Positions 1 to 11,729 of a stretch of 64,000 nucleotides of DNA are shown here, piece by piece (position 1 is the first letter of the stretch; each line of letters starts with the position of its first letter). The notes beneath the pieces were generated by a model, which saw nothing but the letters and a program-made list of their open reading frames with translations, was not told the origin of the DNA and did not search any database. This DNA comes from Mobula hypostoma (taxonomy: Eukaryota). The translations under genes and the position numbers were made by a program. The DNA is taken from assembly GCF_963921235.1 (NCBI RefSeq), contig NC_086108.1, positions 4,340,001-4,404,000 of the forward strand. Direction: 5' to 3'.

Positions 1-1230
1 AAAGGTTTGATTAATCCCCACATGATCCAATATCAATCGATCATTTTGGTTATAAATCTGATTGATTTGAGATTTAACATAATTAGATTTCAATTGATTA
101 GCCAGCAGCTTGCCAATTTTATCACTGTGAACATAAAAATCACTTCTTGTTTTCTTTAATTGGTTTACAATCGAGGACGAGAGTAGTAAACTGTGTTCCA
201 TTTGAAGTTCAGTTCTTTGTTTGTATAGCTCCTCAGAAGGAGCCATAACATATTTCTTATCAATTTCTTTAATCTTGTCCACAATTGCCATCTCCTCCTG
301 CTTCTGTTTCTTCCTCAAAGCAACGGAATACGAAATAATCTGACCCCGAATATAGGCTTTAAAAGTGTCCCAAAGAGTGTTAACCGAAATATCTTCTGTA
401 TGGTTAATTGTAAAAAAAAGCTCAATCTGTTCATTCATAAAATTAACAAAGTCCGAGTCCTGAAGCAACAGCGAATTAAAACGCCATTGTCTATTGTTTG
501 GTATATTGGCCATAATTTTAATAGAAAGCTTAAGTGGAGCATGATCCGAAATGGTTATAGAATCATAATCACATTTAATCACTGAAGGAATGAGACGAGA
601 ATCAATAAAAAAATAATCAATTCTTGAATAGGAATGATGAACATGTGAAAAAAAGGAAAAATCTTTTTCCTGAGGATGCAGAAAACGCCAAATGTCCGTC
701 GACCCAGAATCAGAAAGGAAAAAATTAATCAAATTTGCAGATTTATTAGGTAAAGTCCGTAAAGGAGCCGAACGGTCCAAAGCTGGAGATAAACAGGTAT
801 TAAGATCTCCGCCCCAAATCAATGAAAACTCGTTCAAATTCGGAAACTGATCAAACAATGATTTATAAAATTCCGGACAATCCATATTAGGAGCATAAAC
901 ATTAACCAAAACTACTTTTTTATTAAATAGTAAACCACTAACCAATAAAAATCTACCATTCGGATCAGAAATAATATCCTGTTGTATAAAAGTAACTGAG
1001 GAATCTATAAAAATAGAGACGCCTCGAATCTTAGCATTGGAGTTCGAATGAAATTGTTGTTCCTTCCAGAATTTGAAAAAACGTAGTCTGTCCCCCCTCC
1101 GTACATGGGTCTCTTGTAAAAATAAAATTTGTGCTTTAAGTCTCCGGAACACTTTAAAAACTTTTTTTCTTTTAATAGGATGATTAAGACCATTAGTATT
1201 CCAGGAGACAAAATTAATAATAGACTCCAT
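1..1230 (-). CDS. L1 ORF2p N-terminus (APE endonuclease), partial
   Basis: Hand translation gives MESIINFVSWNTNGL..LQETH..GVSI..VNVYAPN..GGDLN..YSRIDYF..SDHAPL. The start and the SDH motif are in the same frame. Absence from the ORF track is consistent with no stop before the window edge. Confidence 0.88.
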   Translation of the reverse strand, partial: MESIINFVSWNTNGLNHPIKRKKVFKVFRRLKAQILFLQETHVRRGDRLRFFKFWKEQQFHSNSNAKIRGVSIFIDSSVTFIQQDIISDPNGRFLLVSGLLFNKKVVLVNVYAPNMDCPEFYKSLFDQFPNLNEFSLIWGGDLNTCLSPALDRSAPLRTLPNKSANLINFFLSDSGSTDIWRFLHPQEKDFSFFSHVHHSYSRIDYFFIDSRLIPSVIKCDYDSITISDHAPLKLSIKIMANIPNNRQWRFNSLLLQDSDFVNFMNEQIELFFTINHTEDISVNTLWDTFKAYIRGQIISYSVALRKKQKQEEMAIVDKIKEIDKKYVMAPSEELYKQRTELQMEHSLLLSSSIVNQLKKTRSDFYVHSDKIGKLLANQLKSNYVKSQINQIYNQNDRLILDHVGINQTF

Positions 1231-1952
1231 AAATCCTAAAGTCAACCCACAACAAGGAGGATTGACAATAGGCGCGACCCACAAACCCGGAGAGGAAACA
1301 GAACATACAAAAGATACCGGGGAAAAGGATGCAACCAGTACTTCAATAATGTATATAGCCCAAAGAAAAACAAACTAAAACGTGAAGCCCCTCCCGCCAC
1401 CCCCCAGCCCAAGACCCCAAGGCAAAATCTAAAGCAGACCCGCCAGAAAGAAGCAAGCGCTAAAACTACCCCCATGACTTCCGGTATACGCTCCCTAAAA
1501 AAAAGGTATAAATATGAAAAGGATCAGCTAATTGTAAAACAGTAAAAAAATAAGTAAAAAAAAGTTAGCTCAATTAGAATACACACAGAACAGAACAAAA
1601 GCCGGAAAATATATATTAAAAAAAACCACAATAAACCTCAAACTCATGAATAGACACAGCAACAAAAAAAAATAGGATTATTAACATAAAGTGATTATAA
1701 AAAGCAAAACAGAATAAAATTTAAACAAAAACTACAAAATTTAAGGCCGCACAGGAAATACGTAAGATGACAAAAGGGAAGTAACCACCCAGAATCCCCT
1801 GGGAAAAGAAAGAAATGACGCAGTTAAAAAGAAAGTTTAGTAGCCATATTAAGAAATCGAAAGTAAACTTTTCTGCCCAAATAGGGCACAGAAAAGTTAA
1901 AACCAACCAATTCACAGCCTCCGATCAACGGAGAAAATTAAAAAGAAGGCAA

Positions 1953-2852
1953 TTAAGATGTTGGAGATGAAAGTTGATCCAGATAACTCTGGGCATCCGA
2001 TGGAGAATCAAAAAAACGAAGGGCTCCATCTGACATGCGAATCCTTAGACGTGCAGGGTACAGCAGCGCTGGTCTTAAATCCCTCTTATAGAATTCCGAC
2101 ATCACGGATCTGTAACGGACCCGTTGGTCCCAGATTGGTTTACTGAAATCTTCCACGAATCGGAACTTAAGATCCGAAAAATCAATGAAACCTTTAGATC
2201 GAGCGAATCGAAACAGTCTCTCCTTGTCTTGAAAGTAATGAAAACGTAAGATAACATGCCTAGGTCTATCTGACCTAGACGAGTATGATGGGATTCTGTG
2301 AACACGATCCAGTAGCGGTGGTTGGTCAGGAAATACAGTAGGGAATGCATCTTTTAAAAGTTGGGAGAAATATTTCATGGGGTTGTTAGCTTCAACGGCT
2401 TCCCTCACGCCAATCATTCGTAAATTCTGCCGTCGCATTCTAGATTCCAAGTCAGAGTTTTTAAAAGTCAAAAAGTCAAGTTTCTTCTTCATTACATTAA
2501 TTGTTTCTTCGATTTTCCCCATCTTAAGCTCACTTTGTTGCGCGAATTTTTGAAGATCAGATATAGCCGACTGATGTTCCGCAATACATGTTTGCATCTT
2601 ATCAATTAAATCGGCAATTTTCTGGAAATTAGTTGAGATTTCCGTATGAATCAGGTCTTTAACAAAGCCTGCAATTTCCGTACGAATCATCTCCCTAACA
2701 GAGGTTGAAATTTCCCTCTGAATTAACTCCGATATCGCTTTCAAAGTCACCGGTGATTCAGTCGGAGGGAGATCCGTAGCTTTCGGTTTAGCCGAAGGTT
2801 TACCATCCTTGCCGTCTTTCCCGTTCTTAGACATAGCAGATCTAAGTATCAT
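1953..2852 (-). CDS. L1 ORF1p (coiled-coil + RRM RNA-binding protein)
   Basis: Coiled-coil region followed by DLESRMRRQNLRMIGV, LDRVHR..PRHVILRFHYFQDKE, EDFS and LLYPARLRI, which are L1 ORF1p-type motifs; 299 aa uninterrupted. Confidence 0.88.
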   Translation of the reverse strand: MILRSAMSKNGKDGKDGKPSAKPKATDLPPTESPVTLKAISELIQREISTSVREMIRTEIAGFVKDLIHTEISTNFQKIADLIDKMQTCIAEHQSAISDLQKFAQQSELKMGKIEETINVMKKKLDFLTFKNSDLESRMRRQNLRMIGVREAVEANNPMKYFSQLLKDAFPTVFPDQPPLLDRVHRIPSYSSRSDRPRHVILRFHYFQDKERLFRFARSKGFIDFSDLKFRFVEDFSKPIWDQRVRYRSVMSEFYKRDLRPALLYPARLRIRMSDGALRFFDSPSDAQSYLDQLSSPTS

Positions 2853-3007
2853 CCAATTGTCAGAGAATTCAGTTTAATTCAAAGTATTGTAAAAATTGAT
2901 GCCTTAATGGTTAATTAAAGTATAGCTGACCATAGAGAAAAAAAAACTCAGAGGTAATGGAGCGAGTCAAGAACGCGACTTCACTCCATGAGCGCTACCG
3001 GAAGTCC

Positions 3008-3489
3008 CAATCCCTTTAGGATCTTATACGTTTCAATCAGATCCCCCCTCAATCTGCTAAATTCCAATGAGTACAAGCCCAGTTCATCCAGTCTTTCTTC
3101 ATATGAAAGTCCTGCCATCCCAGGAATCAATCTGGTGAACCTTCTTTGTACTCCCTCTGTGGCAAGGATGTCTTTCCCCAGATTAGGGGACCAAAACTGC
3201 ACACAATACTCCAGGTGTGGTCTCACCAAGGCCTTGTACAACTGCAGTAGTACCTCCCTGCTCCTGTACTCGAATCCTCTCGCTATAAATGCCAGCATAC
3301 CATTCGCCTTTTTCACCGCCTGCTGCACCTGCATGCCCACTTTCAATGACTGGTGTATAATGACACCCAGGTCTCGTTGCACCTCCCCTTTTCCTAATCG
3401 GCCACCATTCAGATAATAATCTGTTTTCCTATTTTTGCCACCAAAGTGGATAACTTCACATTTATCCACATTAAATTGCATCTGCCATG
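3008..3489 (-). mobile_element. CR1 LINE fragment (RT C-terminal region) interrupted by the L1
   Basis: Encodes [38 protein letters not shown] and is nearly identical to 42352-42834. Confidence 0.9.
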
Positions 3490-3636
3490 TTTGCTGGTCT
3501 CCACTAGAGTCCTTCTTGCTAAAGGCAGTGGATTTTTAAAGATTTACTGGGCATCTCTAGAGAGATCTCTCACTAACAGCCACTGGACTCAGAGTGGGAA
3601 ATCACCTTTCTCAGACTCCGTATGTCTAGGGTAGAT

Positions 3637-5524
3637 ATCACCTGGGTCCCGGCAAACCAGTGAGGTTGAGATGTCTTGCCCACCCGAACCACGATTTGTG
3701 TGAACGCTGTGTCACTTACTGCTCCCGTACAATCTCTTGGCGGCAAGAAATAACAGAACATACACTGCATACAATTATAAAGAAAGTATATTTAAGAATG
3801 TAAACTTAACCAAACAGTTATACTTTATACTTTATTGTCGCCAAACAATTGATACTAGAGCATACAATCATCACAGCGATATATGATTCTGCTCTTCGTG
3901 CTCCCTGGAGTACAAATCAATAGTAAATATTAAAATTTTAAATTATAAATCATAAATAGAAAATAGAAAAGGGAAAGTAAGGTAGTGCAAAAAAACCGAG
4001 AGGCAGGTCCGGATATTTGGAGGGTACGGCCCAGATCCGGGTCAGGATCCGTTCAGCAGTCTTATCACAGTTGGAAAGAAGTTGTTCCCAAATCTGGCCG
4101 TACGAGTCTTCAAGCTCCTGAGCCTTCTCCCAGAGGGAAGAGGGACGAAAAGTGTGTTGGCTGGGTGGGTCGTGTCCTTGATTATCCTGGCAGCACTGCT
4201 CCGACAGCGTGCGGTGTAAAGTGAGTCCAAGGACGGAAGATTGGTTTGTGTGATGTGCTGCGCTGTGTTCACGATCTTCTGCAGCTTCTTCCGGTCTTGG
4301 ACAGGACAACTTCCATACCAGGTTGTGAAGCACCCAAGAAGAATGCTTTCTACGGTGCACCTATAAAAATTAGTGAGGGTTTTAGGGGACAGGCCAAATT
4401 TCTTTAGCTTTCTCAGGAAGTAAAGGCGTTGGTGGGCCTTCTTGGCGCTGAGCTCTGCTTGGTTGGACCAAGTCAGGTCATTTGTGATATTGACTCTGAG
4501 GAACTTAAAGCTTTTGACCTGTTCCACTTGCGCACCACTGATGTAAATTGGGTCGTGCGGTCCGCTACTCCTTCTGAAGTCAACAACCAATTCCTTCGTC
4601 TTGCTGATGTTGAGGGATAGGTTATTGTCTTTGTACCATGCCACCAGGTTCTTAATTTCCTCTCTGTACTCAAACTCATCATTACCCGAGATACAATTGT
4701 GGTGTCATCAGCAAACTTATATATTGAGTTTGATGGAAACTTGGCTACATAACTATGGGTGTACAGTGAGTACAGCAGGGGCTGAGTACACAGCCTTGCG
4801 GGGCACCGGTGCTCAGAGTGATTGTAGAGGAGAGTTTGTCCTCTATTTTTACAGCCTGGGTCCTGTCTGTGAGGAAGTTGAAGATCCAGCTGCAGATCTG
4901 AGTGCTAAGGCCCAGGTTTCGGAGCTTAGGAATCAGTTTATTTGGAATGATGGTATTAAAGGCAGAGCTGTTGTCAATGAAAAGGAGCCTTACATATGTG
5001 TCTTTTAAAGAAAGTTATTAAAGAAAAGAAACAGTCAAATGTGCATGTAATTTGGAGGTCATCTTGAAGCTGTCTTTAACTCGCGCACTGGACCCTCGGT
5101 CTGCGTGAAAGCACACACCACCTCCTGAATATCGTTCGAAATCCAGCTCAAACAAACGGGCTCCCCCAAAGGAGGATAGGCCCTTCCTCCTTGAAGCCAT
5201 TCATCTGCACAAAGCAACTCGTGCAACAGGGACAGCTTCCTCAGCCATCTTCCCTCCTTTCTCCTCCTAGCTCCCACCAAAAAGACCTCGACTGAAACTC
5301 GTCACCAACACCTCTCCACCCAGCATTCTCCAGAATCTTCTCCCAATTCCACCACCCTGATTGGTTGACACCACATTCCAAAGTTGAACAACAAAGCCTC
5401 TTCTCTTGGACTCGGACTCAAACCCAAACCGAACCAGGCTGAAAGCAGAACAGACAGCTCTTACAGAACTGCTAAAATGAAATGCCTACAACATAGAGGT
5501 AAAAATCTTAACCAGGGCGTTACA
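3637..5524 (-). mobile_element. LTR-like element split by a Rex1/Babar insertion
   Basis: The minus strand begins TGTAACGCCCTGG at 5524. Segments 3650-3810 and 5013-5080 resemble the solo LTR-like element at 10338-10915. The left boundary is approximate. Confidence 0.5.
3812..5012 (-). mobile_element. Rex1/Babar-clade LINE, 5'-truncated and frameshifted
   Basis: Encodes NNLSLNISKTKELVVDFRR..KAHQRLYFLRKL..FYRCTVESIL..LPSGRR..FFPTVIRLLN, has a (TAAAGTA) tail, and a candidate TSD AGTTAT at 3806-3811 and 5013-5018. Confidence 0.85.
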
Positions 5525-5619
5525 CTTCAAAGTAAATTTATTATCAAAGTACATACTGTATATGTCACCATATACAACCCTGAGATTCATTTTATTGTAG
5601 GCATACTCAATAAATCTAT

Positions 5620-7077
5620 CGATTATCTAGGTAATGATAGAGATCTAGAAAATTATAAGGCTAGTAGGAAGGAGCTTAAGAAAGAAATTAGGAGAGCCAG
5701 AAGGGACCATGAAAAGGCCTTGGCAGACAGGATTAAGGAAAACCCCAAGGTATTCTACGAGTATGTGAAGAGCAGGAGGATAAGACGTGAGGGAATAGGA
5801 TCAATCAAGTGTGACAGTGGAAAAGTGTGTATGGAACCAGAGGAGATAGCAGAGGTACTTAATGAATACTTTGCTTCAGTATTCACTACGGAAAAGGATC
5901 TTGGCGATTGTAGGGATGACTTACAGCGTATTGAAAAGCTTGACCACGTAGATAAGAAAAAGAATGTGCTGGAACTTTAGGAAAGCATCAAGTTGGAGAA
6001 GTCACCGGGACCGGATGGAATGTACCTCAGGCTACTGTGGGAGGCGAGGGAGGAGATTGCTGAGCCTCTGTCGATGATCTTTGCATCATCAATGGGGACG
6101 GGAGAGGTTCCGGAGGATTGGAGGGTTGCGGATGTTGTTCCCTTATTCAAGAAAAGGAGTAGGGATAGCCCAGGATATTAAAGACCAGTGTGTCTTACTT
6201 CGGTGGTTGGTAAATTGATGAGAGGCAGGATTTATGAACATTTGGAGAGGCACAATATGATTAGGAATAGTCAGCATGGCTTTGTCAAAGTCAGGTCATG
6301 CCTTACGAGCCTGATTGAATTTTTTGAGGATGTGACTAAACACATTGATGAAGGTAGAGCCGTAGATGTAGTGTATATGGATTTCAGCAAGGCATTTGAT
6401 AAGGTACTCCATGCAAGGCTTATTGAGAAAGTAAAGAGGCACGGGATCCAAGGGGACAGTGCTTTGCAGATCCAGAACTGGTTTGCCCACAGAAGGCAAA
6501 AAGTGGTTGTAGACGGGTCATATTCTGCATGGAGGCCGGTGGCCAGTGGTGTGCCTCAGGGATCTATTCTGGGACCTTTACTCATTGTGATTTTTATAAA
6601 TGATCTGGATGAGGAAGTGGAGGGATGGGTTAGTAAATTTGCTGATGACACAAAGGTTGTGGATAGTGTGGAGGGCTTTCAGAGGTCACAACGGGACATT
6701 GAGAGGATGCAAAACTGGGATGGGAAGTGGCAGGTGGAGTTCAACCCAGATAAGTGTGAGGTGGTTCATTTTGGTAGGTCAAATATGATGGCAGAATATA
6801 GTATTAATGGTAAGACTCTTGGCAGTGTGGAGCATCAGAGGGATCTTGGGGTCCGAGTCCATAGGACACTCAAAGCTGCTGCGCAGGTTAAGAAGGCATA
6901 TGGTGCATTGGCCTTCGTTAACCGTGGGATTGAGTTTAAGAGTCGAGAGGTAATGTTACAGCTATATAGAACCCTAGTCAGACCCCACTTGGAGTACTGT
7001 GCTCAGTTCTGGTCCCCTCACTACAGGAAGGATGTGGAAACCATAGAAAGGGCGCAGAGGAGATTTACAAGGATGTT
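5620..7077 (+). mobile_element. CR1 LINE ORF2 (RT), degenerate; its 3' continuation is inverted at 8170-8607
   Basis: Motifs [34 protein letters not shown] and FADDTK, with stops. Ends at ..QRRFTRM. Confidence 0.9.
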
Positions 7078-7369
7078 TACAAGAAAGCAGGATCTCCCAG
7101 TGGCCACACATTTTAATTCCACATCCCATTCCCATTCTGACATGTCTATCCACGGCCTCCTCTACTGTAAAGATGAAGCCACACTCAGGTAGGAGGAACA
7201 ACACCTTGTATTCCGTCTGAGTAGCCTCCAACCTGAAGGGTCTCAGCCCCAAATGTCGACTGTACCTCTTCCTAGAGATGCTGCCTGGCCTGCTGCGTTC
7301 ACCAGCAACTTTGATGTGTGTTGCTTGAATTTCCAGCATCTGCAGAATTCCTCGTGTTTGCATTTTTAA
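7078..7369 (+). mobile_element. Penelope-like element fragment (endonuclease C-terminus + terminal repeat)
   Basis: The segment DLPVATHFNSTSHSHSDMSIHGLLYCKDEATLR*EEQHLVFRL is joined to the terminal-repeat portion through CCTGA. Confidence 0.75.
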
Positions 7370-8169
7370 ATCCATTATTCATTCTATTTTCATGACAGAT
7401 GCTGGTGATAATAAACCAGATTCTGATTCTGGGTCTCTTGTTTCGAAGAAGTCTGTGACAAGTAAGAATGTATGACGCATACCTTCTCTGATAAAATTGA
7501 ACCATTTTATTTGCATAAATATCATGTGACAGGAAGTTGTTCCAACTCCATACCACATGACAGGAATTTCTACAAGCCTAACCAGGGAGTGTACCATAAT
7601 TTGGTGTTCCATAGGGTTTAACACTGACAAATTCCCACGCATGGACTGAACTGTCCTTGTAATCCAAAAGCTTGTCCAGATTCTCGAAGCAAAGGGGATA
7701 ACTTCACTTGCCCCATCATTGAAAAGTTCCCACAACCTATGGACTCACTTTCAAGGATTCTTCATCTCATGTTCCTGATATTTATTGTTTATTTTCGTAT
7801 GGACTTGCATCACGGTCTCTTTGGGGGCATTACTGTTGGGTGGGTGGTGAGGAGGGAGGTTTCATGCTTTTTTGCTGAGGTAGGTGGGGGAGGGTTGATG
7901 CTTGTGTGTGGAGGGCCAGGGTGGTTTGGGGGTTCTAACATTTTTCGTGAATTGTTTCTTTGAGGTTTGTTTCTGTTTTGTGGATGTCTGTGAATTTCTG
8001 GTTCTATACATTCTCTGATATTAAATTGAATCTTTGAACTATTGAACTTTTATTTATTTATTAATATAATTTCTTTCTTTTTGTATTCGCACAGCTTGTT
8101 ATCTTCTGCACTCTGGCTGAGTGCCCAAGTAGGCGCGATCTTTCATTGATTCTGTTACAGTTATTATAT

Positions 8170-8607
8170 AGAAACATAGAAAACCTATGGTACAATATAA
8201 GCACTTTGGGCCACAATGCTGTGCCAAACATGTACTTACTTTAGAAATTACGTAGGGTTACACATAGCCCTCTATTTTTCTAATCTCTTAAAAGACCCTA
8301 TCATATCTGCCTCCACCACCGTTGCTGGCAGCCCATTCCATACATTCACCACTCTCTGCATAAAAAACTTACCCCTGACATCTCCTCTGTACCTACTTCC
8401 AAGCACCTTAAACCTGTGCCCTCTCGTGTTAGCCATTTCAGCCCTGGGAAAAAGCCCCTGACTATCCACAAGATCAATGCCTCTCATCATCTTATATACC
8501 TCTATCAGGTCACCTCTCATCCTCTGTCGCTCAAAGGAGAAAAGGCCGAGTTCACCCAACCCATTCTCATAAGGCTTGCTTCCCAATCCAGGCAACATCC
8601 TTGTAAA
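8170..8607 (-). mobile_element. CR1 3' end (inverted continuation of 5620-7077)
   Basis: Encodes [37 protein letters not shown], with an ATAGAAAC tail at ~8170-8185. Confidence 0.85.
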
Positions 8608-9690
8608 GCAACACACATCAAAGTTGCTGGTGAACGCAGCAGGCCAGGCAGCATCTCTAGGAAGAGGTACAGTCGACGTTTCAGGCCGAGACCCTTCGTC
8701 AGGACTAACTGAAGGAAGAGCTAGTAAGAGATTTGAAAGTGGGAGGGGGAGGGGAGATCCAAAATGATAGGAGAAGACAGGAGGGGGAGGATGGAGCCAA
8801 GAGCTGGACAGGTGATTGGCAAAAGGGATATGAGAGGATCATGGGACAGGAGGTCCGGGAAGAAAGACGGGGGGGGGGAACTCAGAGGATGGGCAAGGGG
8901 TATAGTCAGAGGGACAGAGGGAGAAAAAGGAGAGTGAGAGAAAGAATGTGTGTATAAAAATAAATAACGGATGGGGTACGAGGGGGAGGTGGGGCACCAG
9001 CGGAAGTTTGAGAAGTTAATGTTCATGCCATCAGGTTGGAGGCTACCCAGACGGAATACAAGGTGTTGTTCCTCCAACCTGAGTGTGGCTTCATCTTTAC
9101 AGTAGAGGAGGCTGTGGACAAACACATCAGAATGGGAATGGGACACGGAACCAAAATGTGCGGCCATTTCTGATGTGTCTGTCCACGGCCTCCTCTGCTG
9201 TAGAGATGGGGCCACACTCAGGTTGGAGGAACAACACCTTATATTCCTTCTGGGTAGCCTCCAACCTGATGGCATGAATATCGACTTCTCTAACTTCCGC
9301 TAATGCCCCACCTCCCCCTCGTACCCCATCTGTTATTTATTTATATACATCCATTCTTTCTCTCACTCTCTTTTTTCTCCCTCTGTCCCTCTGACTATAC
9401 CCCTTGCCCATCCTCTGGTTCCGCCCCCCCCTTGTCTTTCTCCCCAGACCTCCTGTCCCATGATCCTCTCATATCCCCTTTGCCTATCACCTGTCCAGCT
9501 CTTGGCTCCATCCCTCCCCCTCCTGTCTTCTCCTATCATTTCGGATCTCCCCCTCCCCCTTTCAAATCTCTTACTAGCTCTTCCTTCAGTTAATCCCGAC
9601 AAAGGGTCCCGGCCCGAAACGTCAACTGTACCTCTTCCTAGAGATGCTGCCTGGCCTGCTGCGTTCACCAGCAACTTTGATGTGTGCTGT
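8608..9690. mobile_element. Penelope-like element as an inverted pair (~520-bp arms)
   Basis: Arms ~8612-9132 and ~9168-9686 are reverse complements. Both carry RLEEQHL.FRLGSLQPDGMNI.FSNF and a hammerhead-type motif. Confidence 0.8.
8671..8705 (-). ncRNA. Minimal type I hammerhead ribozyme motif (Penelope terminal repeat)
   Basis: AGTC-CTGACGA-AGGGTCTCGGCCT-GAAAC-GTC-GACT: intact core, stem I AGTC/GACT and a GUC triplet. Confidence 0.7.
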
Positions 9691-10337
9691 TTGAATAATG
9701 GATATTAGCATTACACAATTTTTTTTGTGTTATCTGTATACTTAGTCAACCCCAGTTCCCTGAATTTGTGCTAACAGAACATGAGAGATTCGGTAGATGC
9801 TGGAAATCCAGAGCAACGTGCACAAGATGCTGTAGGAACTCAGCAGGTCAGGCAGCATCGATGGGGAGGAAATAACAGTTGACGTTTTAGGCCGAGACCC
9901 TTCATCAGCGCTCATGCTGTGACAAACATTTCTACAGGTGTAGTGTCTATATAAATCAGACAATCACTTTCCAACCCACTTGTGTCACTCGAGTGGCTCC
10001 CCTCAGCCCTTTCTTCCAGTAGGGAGTAGTCATTGTTAAATCATCCGCTTCCTGTGCTTGCAACTTGTGAAATTCCAACTGAAGTGGCTTATTTGTGATA
10101 TTATTTTCTGTATTTACATTTTTAACATGTTTATTGATGTATGCTTTTTTTTGAAAATTATTCAGCATTTAATGTATGTTTTTGACCTGAATAAAAATGT
10201 AGATGGGTGGGTTAGTAAATTTGCAGATGATACCAAGAATTGGTGGAGTTGTGGATAGTGTAGAAGACTAACAAGGAATACAGCACGATGTAGATCAAAG
10301 ATTCAAAGATCAAAGCACATTTATCAACGAATGTATA

Positions 10338-10915
10338 CGTAACCCTCAGGTTCTGTCGACGGCGTAAGTCTAGGGGAGACAATCTCTGGCCCCACCAAAC
10401 ATGTGAGATTGAGGTGCTAAACCTCCTGTTTGGGTGAATGCTGTGTGTTGTGTTCCCCTGTTACAAATCAGTACCACGAAATAACACACAGTACACCATA
10501 TGCCATTAAACGATTTAGTTTTATAATTCTTAATTTGTCTAAAGGGTTAGTAAAGTAAAACAAAAAGAAAAGTGCCCATTTTGATGAAACAGTCTATTGT
10601 GCACAAGTTGGAGCTCACGGTTTCCCTTCCGCTGGTCCTCTATCGATTTCCTCGGGCTTCATCAACTCCCAGCCCCACTCCAAGTGCACTGCTTTCTGGT
10701 TTCTATGACCTCTCCTTTCTGGCATCTTCTCTCCCCATCTTCTGCCGAACAAAAGACCAATTCACCTTGGTCTCAGGCACACAACGAGAAAAAAAACACT
10801 CCGTTCATTGGACAGTGCACATTCCAATGCCCCCGTTATCTCTAGCCATAACCCAAACACTGCTGCTGCAGAAAAACCATTACATTAGCAGCAAAACCTT
10901 TCCCAGTGAGCTACG
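10338..10915. mobile_element. Solo LTR-like insertion with 4-bp TSD
   Basis: Flanked by TATA at 10334-10337 and 10916-10919, with inverted termini CGTA...TACG. It interrupts another repeat. Confidence 0.65.
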
Positions 10916-11729
10916 TATAAATTACACACCTTGAAATGTGTCTGCCTACAGTCAGCCACAAAGCAAAAAACTCTAATAACCCAATTTTTAAAAAGACCAA
11001 AAACTGGTGTGCAGAGAAAGAGAGGAAGAAAATCGCACATCGTGCAACAATAGAAGCAAGCCAACAGCATCCGGAACCAGATTGATTCCCACATCTGCTC
11101 GCGGAGGAGCCAGGGTGGGCCCAAGAAAAGCCACGATCCCCAGTTCATCACACCAGCGGGGATGAACTGCACAGCGGCTGGATCAGTTCACAGCCTCATG
11201 CCACAGGGAAACGAATGAACATCCATGGGAGAGCGAGTGGAATCAGCCCCATCCTCACCCCTGCACCCGGCACTTGGGTTTCCAGTCTGTGTCGGCATTT
11301 AAATTGTCCAGGTACCAGGTAGTGCCACACTCTGGGACCTGAATCCAGGTGCAGCAACATGCTGGGGCTGCCCAGCCTGAAGCCATTCTCTAGCTCAGCA
11401 AATTGGCTCAGTGCTCGGGCGATCCAACCTCACACCCGGGTTAGGTGAACAGGCATCGAGATTCTTCCGCATCGACTCCTCTCCAAGTCACTCAATCATC
11501 TCCGGCAGCAATATGAACTCTGTCTGTGAACCCGGCAGCTTATACAGGTTGCACTTTGCAATGCTCCAGCACAGCTCATCTCCTGAACCAGTCTCGCTTC
11601 TGCCTGCCTCCTCAATTTGTTCACCACAATTTGTTTCATGAAAGATGTTATAAGCAATATCTTTAGTCGAGTCTCTTGCCTTATGATTTACCAGTAAGTC
11701 GTCACACATGTTCAGTAGGGTCACCTTAA

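Larger units (their letters stand above)
1..3007 (-). mobile_element. L1-clade LINE, 5' portion (5'UTR, ORF1, spacer, start of ORF2), continuing beyond the window
   Basis: The 5' end GGACTTCCGG.. lies at ~3007, followed by ORF1 (2852-1953) and ORF2 from ATG 1230 to the window edge. Confidence 0.9.
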
